A stretch of DNA of 64,000 bases from Podarcis tiliguerta (lineage: Eukaryota): assembly GCA_965153285.1 (NCBI GenBank), contig OZ229111.1; one strand, 5' to 3'. Position 1 is the first letter of the stretch. Each line of letters starts with the position of its first letter. Below the pieces are notes generated by a model. It searched no databases, was not told the DNA's origin, and saw only the letters and a list, made by a program, of their open reading frames with translations. A program made the position numbers and the translations under genes. Below are positions 10,831 to 25,154 of this stretch, one piece after another.

Positions 10831-13800
10831 CAAACTGCCAAGAAAATATGGTGATGCCCATTTTCCATCACCTCCATAACCCATGGAAGGCATGAAACGT
10901 GCCTTCTTTATACCGCACACTGAGTAGACATTTCCACTGAATTTACATATGAAATTGATATTTTCTTGTGCATCAGTACGTATGCTTTCAAACTCCCTGC
11001 TTCTTGATATTAGGCAGGCACCATTATACAGTTTTGGCACTTAGAAAAATGTTGATTTCAGCAAACCTATCCAGACAGATAATTCAGTCATATATACTTG
11101 TTTTAAAATGGTTGGTTTTCTCTGCCTTTTATTCACAGTCAAGCAGAGGCTGGATACTTCTTTTCTTTTCTTGGATGGGTTCCTACTTCATGCCAGCAGC
11201 TTAAATGGCCAGACTTCTTTGCATTTCTCATTAAAAACTAAAGGTTGCATTTTAGCTGACTGAAGACCTTTTGCTAAAGAGCAATGTGTACTAGCCACGC
11301 TATGAGCTAAAAAGCGGTGTGTGTCAGATGCTTTCTTCTCATTCAAATCACAGGACTTTTATTTGAGACAAGAATTTCCAATCCCATTCAGCAACATATG
11401 GAAATGTAGTTAATTCTGATTGCTTACCCTCGTGCATGCACCTAGGAAAAGAGTCCTTAAAAACTTTATAAGGAGGCCATGTATAATATGGTGTTCTTAA
11501 GGAATAGGAGGGAAATATTCTGTTCAGCTTTTCTTCTTTGGAGAGGCATTGAGAATATACAAAAGAAGTAAAGGATGAGATGGTTGTTAACAATGTCTCG
11601 TCTTTGTGGTATGAAAATCATGATTCAGACTTTCAAGGAAAATGCATGAATGAGGTGTTCGATGTTAAGAAACCAACATAACAGATTTGTAAAAGGATGT
11701 ATAAAATACAGATTTGGAGTGACTAAAAAGATGAATATTTCAAGAAACTACGAGCAAATATTTATATAGGTTAATGTAATGTATTTTACTTGCTTCTTTC
11801 ATATTTCATATTGAAAAGGGAGTATTCAGCATTGTATTATATATAGTGAAAGCTTCCAATTCAGTCCTGTAGGTTTCCTGTCTATTGTGTTCCTTACAAT
11901 GTCTCAGCTCATATGTCTTTAGGCACATTAGCTATTCTGTGGTATGAGCCTTATTGCTATGCAAGTACTTGAGAAAATAACTTATATCCAAGAAAGTGCT
12001 CAAATGTATACCATTGCTCAACATTATTCAACTAGGCAAAAGCACAAGGAATTGGAAGAAACAAAAATACTTGTAAATGATTTTTACAGAAGAGACTCCA
12101 GTTACATGGAAGCGAGCTCAAAGTCTTATTGCAATCATCAGTACAGACAAATCCTGACAATGGTTTATACAGACAGGTATAGCATGCTACAATAGGGCTC
12201 ATGTTAAGCAAATAAGGCAAAGAATCTTGGGTATCTTAAATAAGAGGCAGTGGGAAAACTTGGCAAGCAATTCCAAAAGTGGGTTCTATTGCAGGTCCTG
12301 TACATTATGATTATTCCAATGTAATTTGTAAACATAATTAAATATTTCAGTGGAAAAAATCAGACTCAGTTGTCATTGAATGAGGACATGCACATCAAGT
12401 CAACATCACTCTTTCTATTCTATCTTTCTAATTTCCTCCATGACCTAGTCAGTGCCATAAATGAATTCATAACAAATTGCTTCGGTTTTCACAAGTAATG
12501 TATGTTTTTTAATGTGTACTTTTCACCATAAGTGCACTTCAATAGCAATTGTTTTTGGAGCACCTCATATTTATCCCCCAGTTCTGTTTGCTCTATATCA
12601 ACGACCACAAAATTGTCTCCCGTGTCCCCATCTTTTCTTTCTTTTTTTAACAGTGCATTGCTACTACAATGCACATTTTGGATATTTATGAAGTTAATTG
12701 TTCCTGTCAAGCACATTACACACTTAATTTCTGCCATTTGGTTATCTTACTTGTCATTATTTAATGTACTTGCCCCTACATATTTCATGTGTCAGAAATG
12801 ACATAAGAGGGTCAGAAAAGAGCACATAGTCACAATTTATTATTAAGCAACGAGGAATGTTAAATTAGTAAGAAGGAATGTGGTACTGTTTTGCAGTGCA
12901 ACTGCATCAATAGAAGGGTTTCAACAATATAACAGAATAGCAGTTTTAAGCAACACTGCAAAATACCCGTAGATATTAGAAAGGTACAGAGATGGTAGGG
13001 GAATCACTGAGAATTGCTTTCCTTCCTGTTCCTCTGATGGAAGCCTTACTATTCATACAGACTGTTGCCCCCCTAGCAAAATAGAATATGGGCCTCATTT
13101 GAAAAAGCAGTCTGTAGCACACTGCGAATTGTTTTATTGGCATGCATGAAGTCCATCATTTCAGGAGTAAACAACTTTCTTGAGCCAATAAAATTTCCCA
13201 GTATGGGAGAAGAAGGAAATCCTAAATCTGATTCACTGGAAATTAAGCCAAGAGGGCGAGACCATCAGAAATGTTATTCTGACTGCCATTATTGAATTGA
13301 ATGCATTAAATACAATAGCTATCATGGTTTCTAAAGGCTTAAGAAGAGGCCAGCCCCCCCCCCCCCGCTTGATGCAATGTGCTCTAACACCAATACCAAT
13401 AAAAGTTACATTGTACATCATTAACTATCATACAGATTAAGCTTCTAACTTTTACCATGCCCAAAATGCAGTCAGCTGAGGCTTCATCCCATACCCATTT
13501 TAAAATCAATTGAACTTAGAGCTGAGTTCAGGATTGTGCTGTAAACAAGTTATTAAACCTGATTCAAAAGAAAAACAGTGAGCATTCCACATAAGCCATA
13601 GCGCCCATGGAGAATATGCTCCAGTATTATATACAAAATCGCTTCATGTGGCAAAATAAGTGCCATAGGTCCGTTTGGAAAGGATTTTTCTCCTATGGCC
13701 TCAGTTCTTGCAGGCACCTTTGGTATGTAAGATCTCATGCTGGCAGTATATTAAAAGCAAATGTTTGGCAATAATATTCAACATATTACCTTTGGCAGAA

Positions 13801-16425
13801 GGCTGAGGACATTAATGGAGGGAACATGGATGACAAATATCATAATAAAAAGTCAATAATAAGGATAATAACAACAGATGGACAAAGATGATAACATAAG
13901 ATGTCCGATGCAAAAGTGCCAATGAAAATGTCCCCACAAGGAAAATATGATTTCATTAATTTTATTTAATTTTAGTGTATGAGTGTCACACTGTCCAAAC
14001 CAATATATAAACTGAAATGCAGTTTTCTTTCAAAATTCACACTTTTCCAGCACTTGTGAGCAAACTAAAGACTGCATATGAATATGTGTCTGTTAGTAAA
14101 AAAAATAGATGCAAAATGCATGCTTGTGTCATTAAATCATCAAAGTGCATTCTGCAGGGGGGGGGGAGTGCTTATACTAGGCAATATACTAGGCAAAATT
14201 GTGAATAATTTTTATATATTTGGGGAAATGTGCACAAATTTTCTTGGGAACCTTTTCAGCTGCTTCTTTTTCTTTCAAAAAATATGCAGAAATTGGGTGA
14301 CCAGAACTTGAGAATGTAAAATTGAGAAACCAAAATTAGCAGATCCTTTTCTTTGTAGAAGTTTCTTACTGAAATTCAAAGCAACAAACAAAAATTAAGA
14401 TACCAAAATCCAGGAAGATGACATTTCCTAAAGACTCTGTGACAGTCCAAATATATGATAACCAATGGATAGTGAAAAGAAAGGGCAACATGCTTTTTGA
14501 CACAAGGAAGCGGAGGGGAGGCTTCATGGCTTCATTTGTTATGTGTTGCCTTTTAGCCTAAAGTGAAAAGCTCTCTCGGAGTCAGGCGGGGTCCAAGTTC
14601 ACAGTCACTTCAAACCAAGTTAAAGATGCATTCAGGCTCTGAGACATTATTCTCTTTCTCTCACACAATAGGTTTCTAATCTACCTTTTTGTAGCTTGGT
14701 GGATGAATAGCTATATAGGCTGTGGTTATAAATGTATGCAGCTCTTTTTTAAATCTCCCTAAACTCTTGGCTTAGTGATTTCTCATGGCTGTCAACTTCA
14801 GAAATCTCTTACAAGCCTCACAGAGTGGGGCATCCTTTGGGGCATCAGGTTTGATCTCAGCCAATTTCGCTGAGTGCCTCCCACCTTTTCATATTGTAGG
14901 CCTGGATTGGAGGCGGGGGTGGATTAAAGCGGCAGATCAGTGCATAGCACACTATCTTTTGTTGGGATATATTAGTCAGGGATTTATTTTGAAAAGTCAG
15001 GCACAGGAGGTTTGGAAGAACCCTTCCCTGCTTATTGTTTCATTATCAGCTGGTATCTCTTGATGGAGTAAGATTCTTCATGTTAATCTGCTTAGAATGA
15101 TTCACCCTCAGAGGCTGATTTATTCAGTATGATTTGCCCCAGATGGAATCCTGAGTGCCCTCTGGGAACTTCTACTTGACATAATTGGTGTTTGGGTTAA
15201 TGTGGGTCACTCTGTAGGACACGGAGACATAATCACTCCTAAGTAGCCTCCCCTACTTGATAGGGCTTCTTTGGCTCCTTGGAGATGGAAGAGATGTAGC
15301 AGATGAAATGATGGCTAGACTGTAATTAGTGAGAAAGTAAATCCAACTAAACCCAAATTTAAGTTCACTCTGCTCTGTGATGGTGGAGGAAGTTAGAAAA
15401 AGCACTGCACCATCAACACTGAGCATCTCCACAAGATCACTGAGCAGAGCTCTTTTGAGACAATGGCTGCTTAAGAGTTCTCAGTGCATTTTAAGGACAA
15501 AATCTATCCCATCCTTAGCAACTCAGATGCAGGGCTGTTATGAGAAATCTAGGGTTGCCATATTTCAAAAAGCAAAATTTCTGACACCTGCACAGTGAAA
15601 ATGACTAATATAGTTCAGTAAGCTACTCCTTTCTGGCCGGCAAGGTAACATCTTAACCAGTGAAAACTGTTGGGCTCTTTCTCTTTAAGACAGGGGTGGG
15701 AAACTTTAGGACTGGATCACCAATGTAGCCTTCTAGGACTGCCTTGTGCTCAGACCATACCCCACTTCCAAGGCTACACCCTGTCATTGCCCCTGCTTCA
15801 TACACAGAGTGTTTTTGCCTGGTTGGAAGGCATCCTCGAACACTGAGCATGCCTTTTGCTTATCTGGAGGGTAGAGAGGGGTGTGCAAAGGCAAAATTTA
15901 CATTTGTTGCTCCACCCTCCTTTGGCCTTGGCCCCACCTATCAATGGGATGTGGCCCTTAAAAGTGTCTGCTTCTTCTGAATCATGGAGGGTGGCAAGGA
16001 AATAATTGGCATTCTCAATAGTTTCTGACTGAATGGTGCTCTTCTTGGGAAGGTGTATCTGGTACCCACAGTAATATCTTTTCTTATCAGGACCAGAACA
16101 ATCCTGAGTCTAGATGGACCAGAAAAAAGACCTTGTAGTAGTTTCCACCCCCTCTTCAAGTCACGTTTGTTTTTCCCAGTTAGTTATATTCATAAATAGT
16201 TAAGTTTTTGGAACATGTTTGCTGTGGTTCTCAAAATTAACGATAAGGTCCAGGGCAGGATAGCAAATAAAAGTGAGGTGGATTTTTGAACACTTCCAAA
16301 CTTTTTTGGTGTGTATACTGGAAACAAGCAATACCACTGTCATTTCTGAATTTAACTTCATTGTTTAATTTTATCCAACAATCCACGGTCTCTAGACACT
16401 ATCTTTTTAAGGACTGAAACAGCTG

Positions 16426-16500
16426 CTCATGGATAAGTAGTTAATGAAATATAGAGTTGGATATCATCAGCATACTGATGACCCCGTAGCCCCAAATGAT
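16426..16500 (-). mobile_element. L2/CR1-clade LINE reverse transcriptase fragment
   Basis: The minus frame GLRGHQYADDIQLYIS is the RT catalytic YADD motif in its L2-type context. Confidence 0.75.
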
Positions 16501-18581
16501 CTCTCACTAGCATAATGGCAACTGGAGCAAGGCTCCATAGATCTGCCTCATTTGCTAAGCCATATAACCAAGCACGGTGCTGCAATACACAATTTGTGCT
16601 GCAGGAACTGAATTGGTTTTGTAGCATTTGAATGTGGGATGGTGTAAAAATCAGAACAGAATTTAGCAGGCTGGAATGGCCTACTACTAACAAAACTCAT
16701 GCCAGAAACAGTGGGATGTGCTAGAAACACTGAGAACAACATTTTAGAACGTCCAATATTGTCCTTTTATTAACACCTTCTCACTCTGAGCACATTCAGA
16801 GCTTAATGGAAAAGACTAGAATGAGTATTGTAGAGATTTTTCTTTTCCTCTTTTTGCAAAACAAGAGTGATGTGTGCTAAATACACATGAGAACCAAAAA
16901 AATCCATGCGTTATCAAAATTTTGTTAACTCTTTTACAACCAGAATGCATTTTTTAACACAAATAGTAGATCAAACCAACTAGTTCCAAAGCATCAAAAA
17001 TAGCCCATAATTGCAACCTTTAAGGAAGACAGAGCAACCATTTTTACCACCCACAAAATATTAGATGAGATTGATGCAATAAGTGACAAAACTTCCACTG
17101 AAACCAAATGGGCAATAAAGGTTAATCCAGAAAAAGCAGCCTGGAACACCAACTTCCAAGCTAGCCAAGCAAACCAAATTTCATAGGACACATTGAACTA
17201 GACAGGATTTATGTAGTAAGTCACAAACATTCCACATAATCCATGCTCCAGTACTTGTTCCATTCTGGCTTTTATGTTGCTTTTTATATAGCCCCCCTCC
17301 ATCTCTATCGCCATCATATTTCAAAGCTTAGTTCTGTTTTTGAGGCATGTTACACCTTTCAAGGTATGAGATGATGCAGTATCTAAAGTATGCAATTACT
17401 ACTGATTGATCTCAAACCTTCATAATATGATTATTAAACAGAAAGAGGAGCATTGACAATGCAAGCTTCTTTCTGTACATAGGGAGGAGAAAAGAGGGTG
17501 TCAGCTGCAACATAGAATCCTATTAGCCTTTGACTGCAACTGAAAAGTCTGCAGACATCTTAATTGAACTGTCTACAATTACCCCCAGATCTTATTTCCA
17601 GAGATATGTCAGCTAATTTGGAACACAGAAGCATGCATGTAAAATTCAAATTAGTTCTCCTAGTGTTTCATTACTTTGCATTCACCCAATTTAAATTCCA
17701 TCTGCCATTTAGTTGCCCAGTTGCCAAATTGAGACAAGCACTTTGTAGCTCTACAAAGCATCGTGTTGCTTTGACAACCATATTAATGGAAGGCATTTAT
17801 TAAGAACCACATCCTTGATGTGGGTACAGGATACAAATACAGATGACTTCACTACTTCACTTTGGAAAAAGTCCTGAGTCTGATGGATCATAGAAAACTA
17901 GCCACATTAAATAATATGGCAGACAGGTGTAACATTTATAAACTGGGGACAGGGCTCTTATTTTCTTGGATTTGTGTTGTTTTCTTTCTTTTGGAACAGT
18001 TTTATCATTGGAATGGTTTTATTTGGTTTTATAATTATATAATCTCTTGTTTCTTTCTTGCCCTTCACCATAAGATGCCTGGTTGGGTTACAACATTAAT
18101 AAATGTTTCCTCTTCTCCAGTGCTAGGGTCTAAAGAAACTGGCTCAGCAAAAGTTGAAAGATATGGAATTTCACAAGCAGTAAAAGCAGGTTCAATAAAA
18201 CTAGCAAAGAATATTTTTTTAAAAATTGCATATCCCTGAAACCAAATAAATGAAGACGTTTTAATGATATTACCCCACTTCTATAATAAGCTGCTACCTA
18301 GTCTTCTCTGAGACATCACTTTTTATGGTATAGTGTGAGATCTACTTCAGTTTAGGAATGGGAAATGATTCAATTTACTGCCAATCATTTATTTGCATTC
18401 TCATTGATTTGCTCCTATAATAGTACAGGTTATTCGGTGGTGTGGGTGTGCGCTATAGTTAGCGTACTTGTCCAAAAGAGCTCAGTCTTAAGATGTACTG
18501 CAAAGAACAATATGAAACGATCACCATGATATATATGAGGAGGGACACACACATACACACTTAGCAAATTTACCACATCCG

Positions 18582-18790
18582 ACATAAGAACGTCAGAAGA
18601 ACCTGCTGGATCAGGCCAATGACCCATCTAGTCCAGCATCCAGTGGCCTGTGGGAAACCAGCAAGCATGACCCAAGCCCAAGAGCGCTGTCCTCTCTTGC
18701 AGCTTCTGCCAACTGATAATCAGAAACATGCTTCCTCTAATCATGGAGGCAGAACATTGCTCTGTAGCCACAGCTACAATAGTGAGATAT
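18582..18790 (-). mobile_element. CR1 LINE 3'UTR fragment
   Basis: acataagaa...cctgctggatcaggccaatgacccatctagtccagcatcc. Confidence 0.75.
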
Positions 18791-19109
18791 TAGCATGCTC
18801 AGTGGAAAAAAAGAAAGAGAAGCAAATTCAAAAGAAGAACCCCTCCTTCCCCAGAGAAACCACTCAATGAGAAGTGAATATGTTCTGTGACTACCAGGGG
18901 CAAAGCATCTTCTGTCATCACCCGAGGTGGAATTTGGGCACACCAGGGGTGTGTGCACGAGCAAGGGTGTGCAGGGTGTGTCAGAGGCAGGGTGTGCCAC
19001 TGGGCCCGGCATGCTGGGGGGGGGGGGCACACTCATCTGCCAGAGTCCAGCAGACCAGAGGGGCGTGAAGCAGCCCCTCTTTTTCCTTTTTCTACCACTT
19101 CTGGCCCTG

Positions 19110-19612
19110 GGTCAGGCTTCACCCAGGAGTGGAGATACGGTTGGCTGGCGGTGTTGGCCTGTCGTGCAAGGAAGCTGCCTTTGGTGGCTCTCTCACACAC
19201 AAAAAGTTTGCGGGTATGGCAGAAGGAGATAGGCTCTGCCCATGCGGTGCCCACCTCGTGGAAACTCTAGCTCACATGGCCCTTAAATGTAAAACGCATG
19301 ATGATCTCCGCCAACAATTTCTAGACCATCTATGTATTCCAACATGGAAACCAGAGACAAAGGTTATATACTTCTTATTACAGGGGAGAGACCAGGAGCT
19401 CACCAAGACAGTAGATAAGTTCCTGTCCTTGATTTTTTGTCGCCAAAGTACACTACAGGATCCTGCCCTTGCTGGAGACCCACAGAGATGAAATAGATTG
19501 CCTCTTCTTCCCTTTGGCAAATGACTGTACTGTTGAAATGGCGACGAGATCGCACTGGCCTATTTATTCTGAATTTTTGTATGTGATGCCAATAAAGGTT
19601 TGATGATGATGA
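19110..19612 (+). mobile_element. LINE 3' end (RTE-X-like) with C-terminal CCHC knuckle
   Basis: DRLCPCGAHLVETLAHMALKCKTHDDLRQQFL...LLQG...TKTVDKFL is a non-LTR ORF2 C-terminal zinc knuckle. The 3'UTR ends AATAAA followed by a (TGA)n tail. Confidence 0.75.
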
Positions 19613-20428
19613 AAAAGTTGAATAGAACATTTCACTGGATATGCTGGATTATGCAAAATCATTTATTGAGTTCCACACCTATGATAATCAGCTTTCAAAG
19701 ATAATGCCTGTGTACAATGTGCAGAAACTTAAGCCACTTCATTTGGGCAGGATTATCTAAGAAGAGATTCTACTCCTACAAGAGTTGCACACTGCAACTC
19801 ACCCCTATGACTGGGGTGACAGTGAGCTCCCCTCTGGACCATATGAATGAAATTAATGTAACACTTGTGCATTATAGGTAGAAAACAGGTTTTACAGAGT
19901 AGCAACATGTTTACCTTGGAGTAGCAACATGTTTACTTTAGAACACCAAACATTTACTAAAAATAATATCCAATAATTATTTTTAATAGTTGTGTTTCTT
20001 TCCTGATCTAGTTTACTGGTGTGTGTTGCTTCCTTCTTCATTTTACTCTGTCACAGACACCCTGATAACACAAATGAAAATAGGTGTTTACTTTAGTCAG
20101 ATTGCTTCCAGCTTTAAGAAGAACATGAGAAATGAAAGAGACTTTCAGACTTCAGGTAGACCTAAATTCAAATCTCTCATCCTCAGTCTCCTTCTACGTC
20201 CCTCGCCAAGGATAAATCTGTCGTTAACATTTGTTACTTTCCAAGCTGTATATCTAACACAGCCCTCTCCCCGCCATTTCCAGGGCTCCTGAGCGATAGT
20301 GAGTAAAGCCAAGCAAAGCTGCTGGACATTGTCTTACGTCCTCTCTCTGATTGGCAGATCACAGAAAAGAAACATTTCCCATGAGCCTCTGTGTGAGGTT
20401 GTTACTAACTGATTGAGTATTCACTTTC

Positions 20429-20560
20429 NNNNNNNNNNNNNNNNNNNNNNNNNNNNNNNNNNNNNNNNNNNNNNNNNNNNNNNNNNNNNNNNNNNNNNNN
20501 NNNNNNNNNNNNNNNNNNNNNNNNNNNNNNNNNNNNNNNNNNNNNNNNNNNNNNNNNNNN
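20429..20560. other. assembly gap (132 N)
   Basis: Run of N. Confidence 1.
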
Positions 20561-21827
20561 GTGTCCTGGTATCTGACTCCCTTAATTGGCCCTGTGGTGC
20601 CTTGGGTGTTTGAAAATCCACTCACTTAAGAGTCCCCCCCCCCCTTTTGACTTGTTTTCCTGGAGCTGTTCATTAGTGCCTAAAATATTTGATTACATTT
20701 AATTGTGATGCCTTCAATTCAGTGCACCTGCTGCAATTTACATAGGGGGAATGGGAGCTTGCCGAAGCTTTTTTTTTTTAAAGGCAGTGAGATTGGGGAA
20801 TTAAATGTAAAAAGAATTCCCCAGTAAAGGGTAATTGGGGTTAAATACAAAAACAAAACTAACCTATAATACACTTTAGTTTTTGTTTATAATGACTACG
20901 GTTGGACCAAAAGGATTTATACTAGAACAACTTCATCTTTCTTTGTTTTTGCTAAAGGAAAGGGCCTCTTCCAATTCTTTCATCTTCTGTTGGCCATCTG
21001 CACTTTGTTTAAACCTAATCTTCAGTATTAGAAAGTCCACAGGTTGTCCTTCTTGATAGTCTGGCAGCTCTGAGGCCCAATTCTGCTTGGAGATTGTGGG
21101 ATTTGAGGGGGGGGGTGTTGGTTGGTCTATGCTGTCACCTCCAGCATGCTGTTGCTTCCCAGCAAGCACTGTGTACATTTCCGCACCCGCAGCCCTCTTT
21201 TGGCGCTAACAGGAATTAACTGCTTGGCAGAATGTTATTGGGCTGGGCAATGTTCTTCCAATTGACCACACTATCATTTAACAAGTTTTGAAAAAGGAGC
21301 TGAGAAAATGTGGGACCGTGCATTTTCAAAGGGGAAATATAGATCAGACTTCTGCCCTTGCTATTAAACCGCACAGCTTCTTTTCATTTATCTCCAAAGA
21401 GCAGTGTTGTAAACCTCTAAAACTGCCTTTAAAACAAGCTTTCATAAGAAAAGTAATTAGAGTGGTTTTAACACCCCTATAATGTTAGTATTGCCTAATA
21501 AATCTCTATTTGACCCTTGCAGTAGAAAGTAAAGGAGTGCAAAAGCACCATTTATTGTGGAATGAGAATAATGTGACCCATTAATATGCATTTCTCACAA
21601 ATGCCCAACAGCAGCCTCTCCAGGTTATGATTGAAGCAACAGCAGTTTCTGTTATTACTCTTCATTACAGAAAATTGCTAACAAGCTTTTGAAAAATGAG
21701 ACTTTACATTTCACTGTCAAAACTTGGCATGACATTTATGTCATGAAAGAGGTCAACATTCTAGAATTTCAGTTAGGGCAATTAATTAACTGATTAATTA
21801 ATTTACAGCCATGTATACCACACATAA

Positions 21828-22191
21828 GGGATGTCGGTGGCGCTGTGGTCTAAACCACAGAGCCTAGGGCTTGCCGATCAGAAGGTCAGCAGTTTGAATC
21901 CCTGTAACGGGTGAGCTCCCATTGCTTGGTCCCAGCTCCTGCCAACCTAGCAGTTTGAAAGCACATCAAAGTGCAAGTAGATAAATAGATACCGCTCCGA
22001 CGGGAAGGTAAATGGCGTTTCAGTGTGCTGCTCTGGTTCGCCAGAAGCAGCTTAGTCATGCTGGCCACATGACCTGAAAGCTGTCTGCGGACAAACGCCA
22101 GCTCCCTCGGCCTATAGAGCGAGATGAGCGGACAACTCCAGAGTCGTCAGTGACTGGACTTAACAGTCAGGGGTACCTTTACCTTTACCTT
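21828..22191 (+). mobile_element. Sauria SINE (Squam1), full length
   Basis: Same consensus with (ACCTTT)n tail and perfect 14-bp TSD tataccacacataa (21814-21827 / 22192-22205). Confidence 0.95.
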
Positions 22192-24679
22192 TATACCACA
22201 CATAAAAGAAAGGATCTAGCTGGTGAACTTAACATATCCATAAAGCAGCATGAAAATATTAAGGGCACAACCCAAACTCTGCCTCCTGCCTCCAGGCTTT
22301 TGTGCAGTGGTGGAGCTAATTCCATATCCACAGCACTGCTGCTCATGGCAGCCAAAGTGGAATGAGCGATGGGCAAGATAATGCAAATTCAATCACGATC
22401 CATTTGATGCTCCAGCTCTAGGCTGGCCTGATACCACTGTGCTTTGGCAGTGAGACCAACTTGGGATCTAGTGGATCTTGAACTAGCTCAGTCCTGACAT
22501 TTGCCCTCAGAATGCCCAATTTCAGGGCCTTTCACTGGCTACTGCACTCCTTCCCACACATTCAGCAGCTGTTGGGAGGCCAGATCAGTCAGGAGACCTG
22601 TGCAGAGGAACATAATCCATGCATGGGGAACCTCTGACCTGTGGGCTGTTTTGGGGAAGCTATGTTCACCTGCTCAACACACCTGGCATTCTTCATGATG
22701 CATTCTACAGTGCATTTTCAGAGGAACAACTGAGAGCTTGAAGTGGGCTCTCAGTTCCTCTCCCCAACTACCCAACAGCAGATGGGCAGTAGGAGTGTGC
22801 CTTACTAAAGGAGGTGGGAAAGTAAGGATTGTGTAACCATTTTGTCTTTATCCATTATATTATTATTAATATAATCACTCAACCTTTACCACAAGGTGCC
22901 AGGACAGGTTACAACAAAATAAAAATACGATATTAAAATCAGATAAGACCAGATTGAAATGATGTGTGTTTGTGTGGGAGGGGGCTAGGGTAAAGAGGTG
23001 TATCTTCAGCATCTGAATGCTATACAGTGAAAGTGGCAGACACAGATCTTAGCCTGGCCTTTGACACATAAGACAGTATATCTAAACTATGTGAACCCAC
23101 ACACTGAGAAAATTTTATGGTCTTTATATGTAATTAAACAGAAGGTTGGAGGAAGCAAGGCGACTAAGGGAAATAAGTCTTAATAAATGGAAGTCTACTG
23201 CAGTGATACAAACAACAATTTTGGAGATTATCTGAATGAGAATAATGTAATTGCACAAATAGGCTAAGTCTGGTTTGTGAGTCTAGGCAAATGAAAAGGA
23301 GAGAGAGAGGCAGCAGTCATGGTTCTTGTAGTTGGTGGCATGTGGTGAATAATTGATCATCCCTTCCTTCTGTCTGATGAGTTCACAAATTCTCTCAGTG
23401 CCGCACTTCTACAAGTGTCATGATCACTATTAAGCCAGCAGAGAAGCCCGACGAGCCTTTGAGAGTTCCAACCGTCAGAGATGTCTTTTAAATCTCTGAA
23501 TGAAAAATTAAGTGCACAAGGAAGAAAATGACTCTGAAAGCTTTACCTGTTCTACATGCTGTAATGTTACACTCAGCAGGCCCCTTAACCACATGCAAAT
23601 ACTGCACAACAGTTCACATAACCAACAACGGGGCAGCTACTGGGCAGGTGCAGAAATGCACACACTCCTCATGCACATTTTGCTTGGACAGTATGCAAAG
23701 CCTCAGCATTAAAAGGAAAAGTAGGCAAACATGCTTTAAAAGGACTTTGAAGTATATTGGTTCCAGTGAAGGTGGGAGATAGGCAAGCAAAGAATTTTGT
23801 ATGAAATGCATAGACACTGCAGAAATTCCCTGTGAAAAATCATGAATGTTTGCCATTTTCAAATACAAGAGAGACTAAAAACAGAGAATGGAGATGTCTG
23901 GGGCATGGTGGCGAGAGGAGAAATAAGAAAGTTGATCAGCTGCAAATGTGCATATTATATGTATAACATTCTGGTTGAAGCTACGAATAGATGAAAAGGA
24001 AATGTTTGCCAGATTACTTCCTTCTCCTTCTATGTGTGTAAAGTTTCCGGGATGCCCTCATATTATGTTTGTATTATAAACTACTGTATGCTCAAATTCA
24101 AAGGAAAAGAATTGAGTCTTATTATGCAAATGAAGATTTTAAACACACAGAGAGATGGACTGTTTTCATTTTCCAAAGTAGCTTTTACCTGGGCTGAATT
24201 GTCAGAAATTATTCGTCCGTATTTGGAAAATGCATTTCCTTCTATCTTCTCTGGACCACCCTCTCTCCCTCCCACCCAGTAGTCGTTTGGGGGTTTTTCA
24301 TTGAGAATTTAGGTTTCTCATTAGGAAAGCAGTACTAGCTACCGCAGCTTTTTGTTGGAGTAAACAAATCTTTGAGGAATTGTATTTTTGAAAAGTAATT
24401 CTATAGCGCTAAGTCTGAAGGTTTAACTGTGCACAGTGTTTCAATTTAATAGTCAGCCAGGGATAGAAAGCTATAAGAAAGGCACCAAAGTAATCTTACA
24501 CTGCTCTACAGCTTCTGGATGCAAAAAGGTATACGCTTTTTAAAGTAACAAGGGACTTCTTTGTAAGGCAAAGGTGTGTGTTGGGAAGCAACAACAACCA
24601 GGAAAAACTGGCCAAAGGCCTGCATCTTCATCATGGACAGGTTCACAACAGACTTTTAACTTCTGTTACAAGTCACATA

Positions 24680-24959
24680 CAGTGGTACCTCATGTTGCGC
24701 AACCTCCAGGTTACAGAATCTTCAGGTTATGGCTGCGGCAAACCCGGAAGTGTATACTTCCGGGTTCCGCCATGCACACATGCACAGAAGCGCTCTGCGC
24801 GCCACACGCATGCGCAGAAGTGCTCTGCGTGTTGCAAGCCTGCGCAGAAGCACTCAATCGTGCCACTTGCATGCACAGAAGGGCACCTCCAGTTATGAAG
24901 TTTTTGGGATACAGTCAGGACTCTGGAACGGATCCCGTTCATGACCGGAGGTACCACTC
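24680..24959 (+). mobile_element. Tc1/mariner-type MITE
   Basis: TA|cagtggtacctc ... gaggtaccact.|TA. Confidence 0.85.
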
Positions 24960-25024
24960 TATAAGCATCACACCTCCCTGCTGGCTGCTCTTGTGCAAGA
25001 AGTATGGGTTAGGTCTGCTGTGAC

Positions 25025-25154
25025 GAGGGTTGTCATATTTTGAAGAGCAAAAAAGAGGTCACATTTGCTGACTTCTACCTTTAACTATGGATCTCTATGA
25101 TGACTCTACCTGTGAAAAATGTGTCCTGGAAAAAGAGGACATGTGGCAACCCTA
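25025..25154. mobile_element. short hAT-like MITE (agggttgcca TIR family)
   Basis: agggttgtca ... tggcaaccct termini. Related ends occur near 15550, 33773, 44105, 61997 and 62687. Confidence 0.6.

Noticed and set aside
13714-13722. Possible 9-nt microexon (ttgcag|GCACCTTTG|gtatgt)
   Set aside because: A competing upstream AG and no clear branch point; such a pattern is expected by chance in 64 kb.
20933-21178. 81-aa minus-strand ORF with protein-like composition
   Set aside because: No recognisable homology and no convincing splice signals; it cannot be supported without conservation data.
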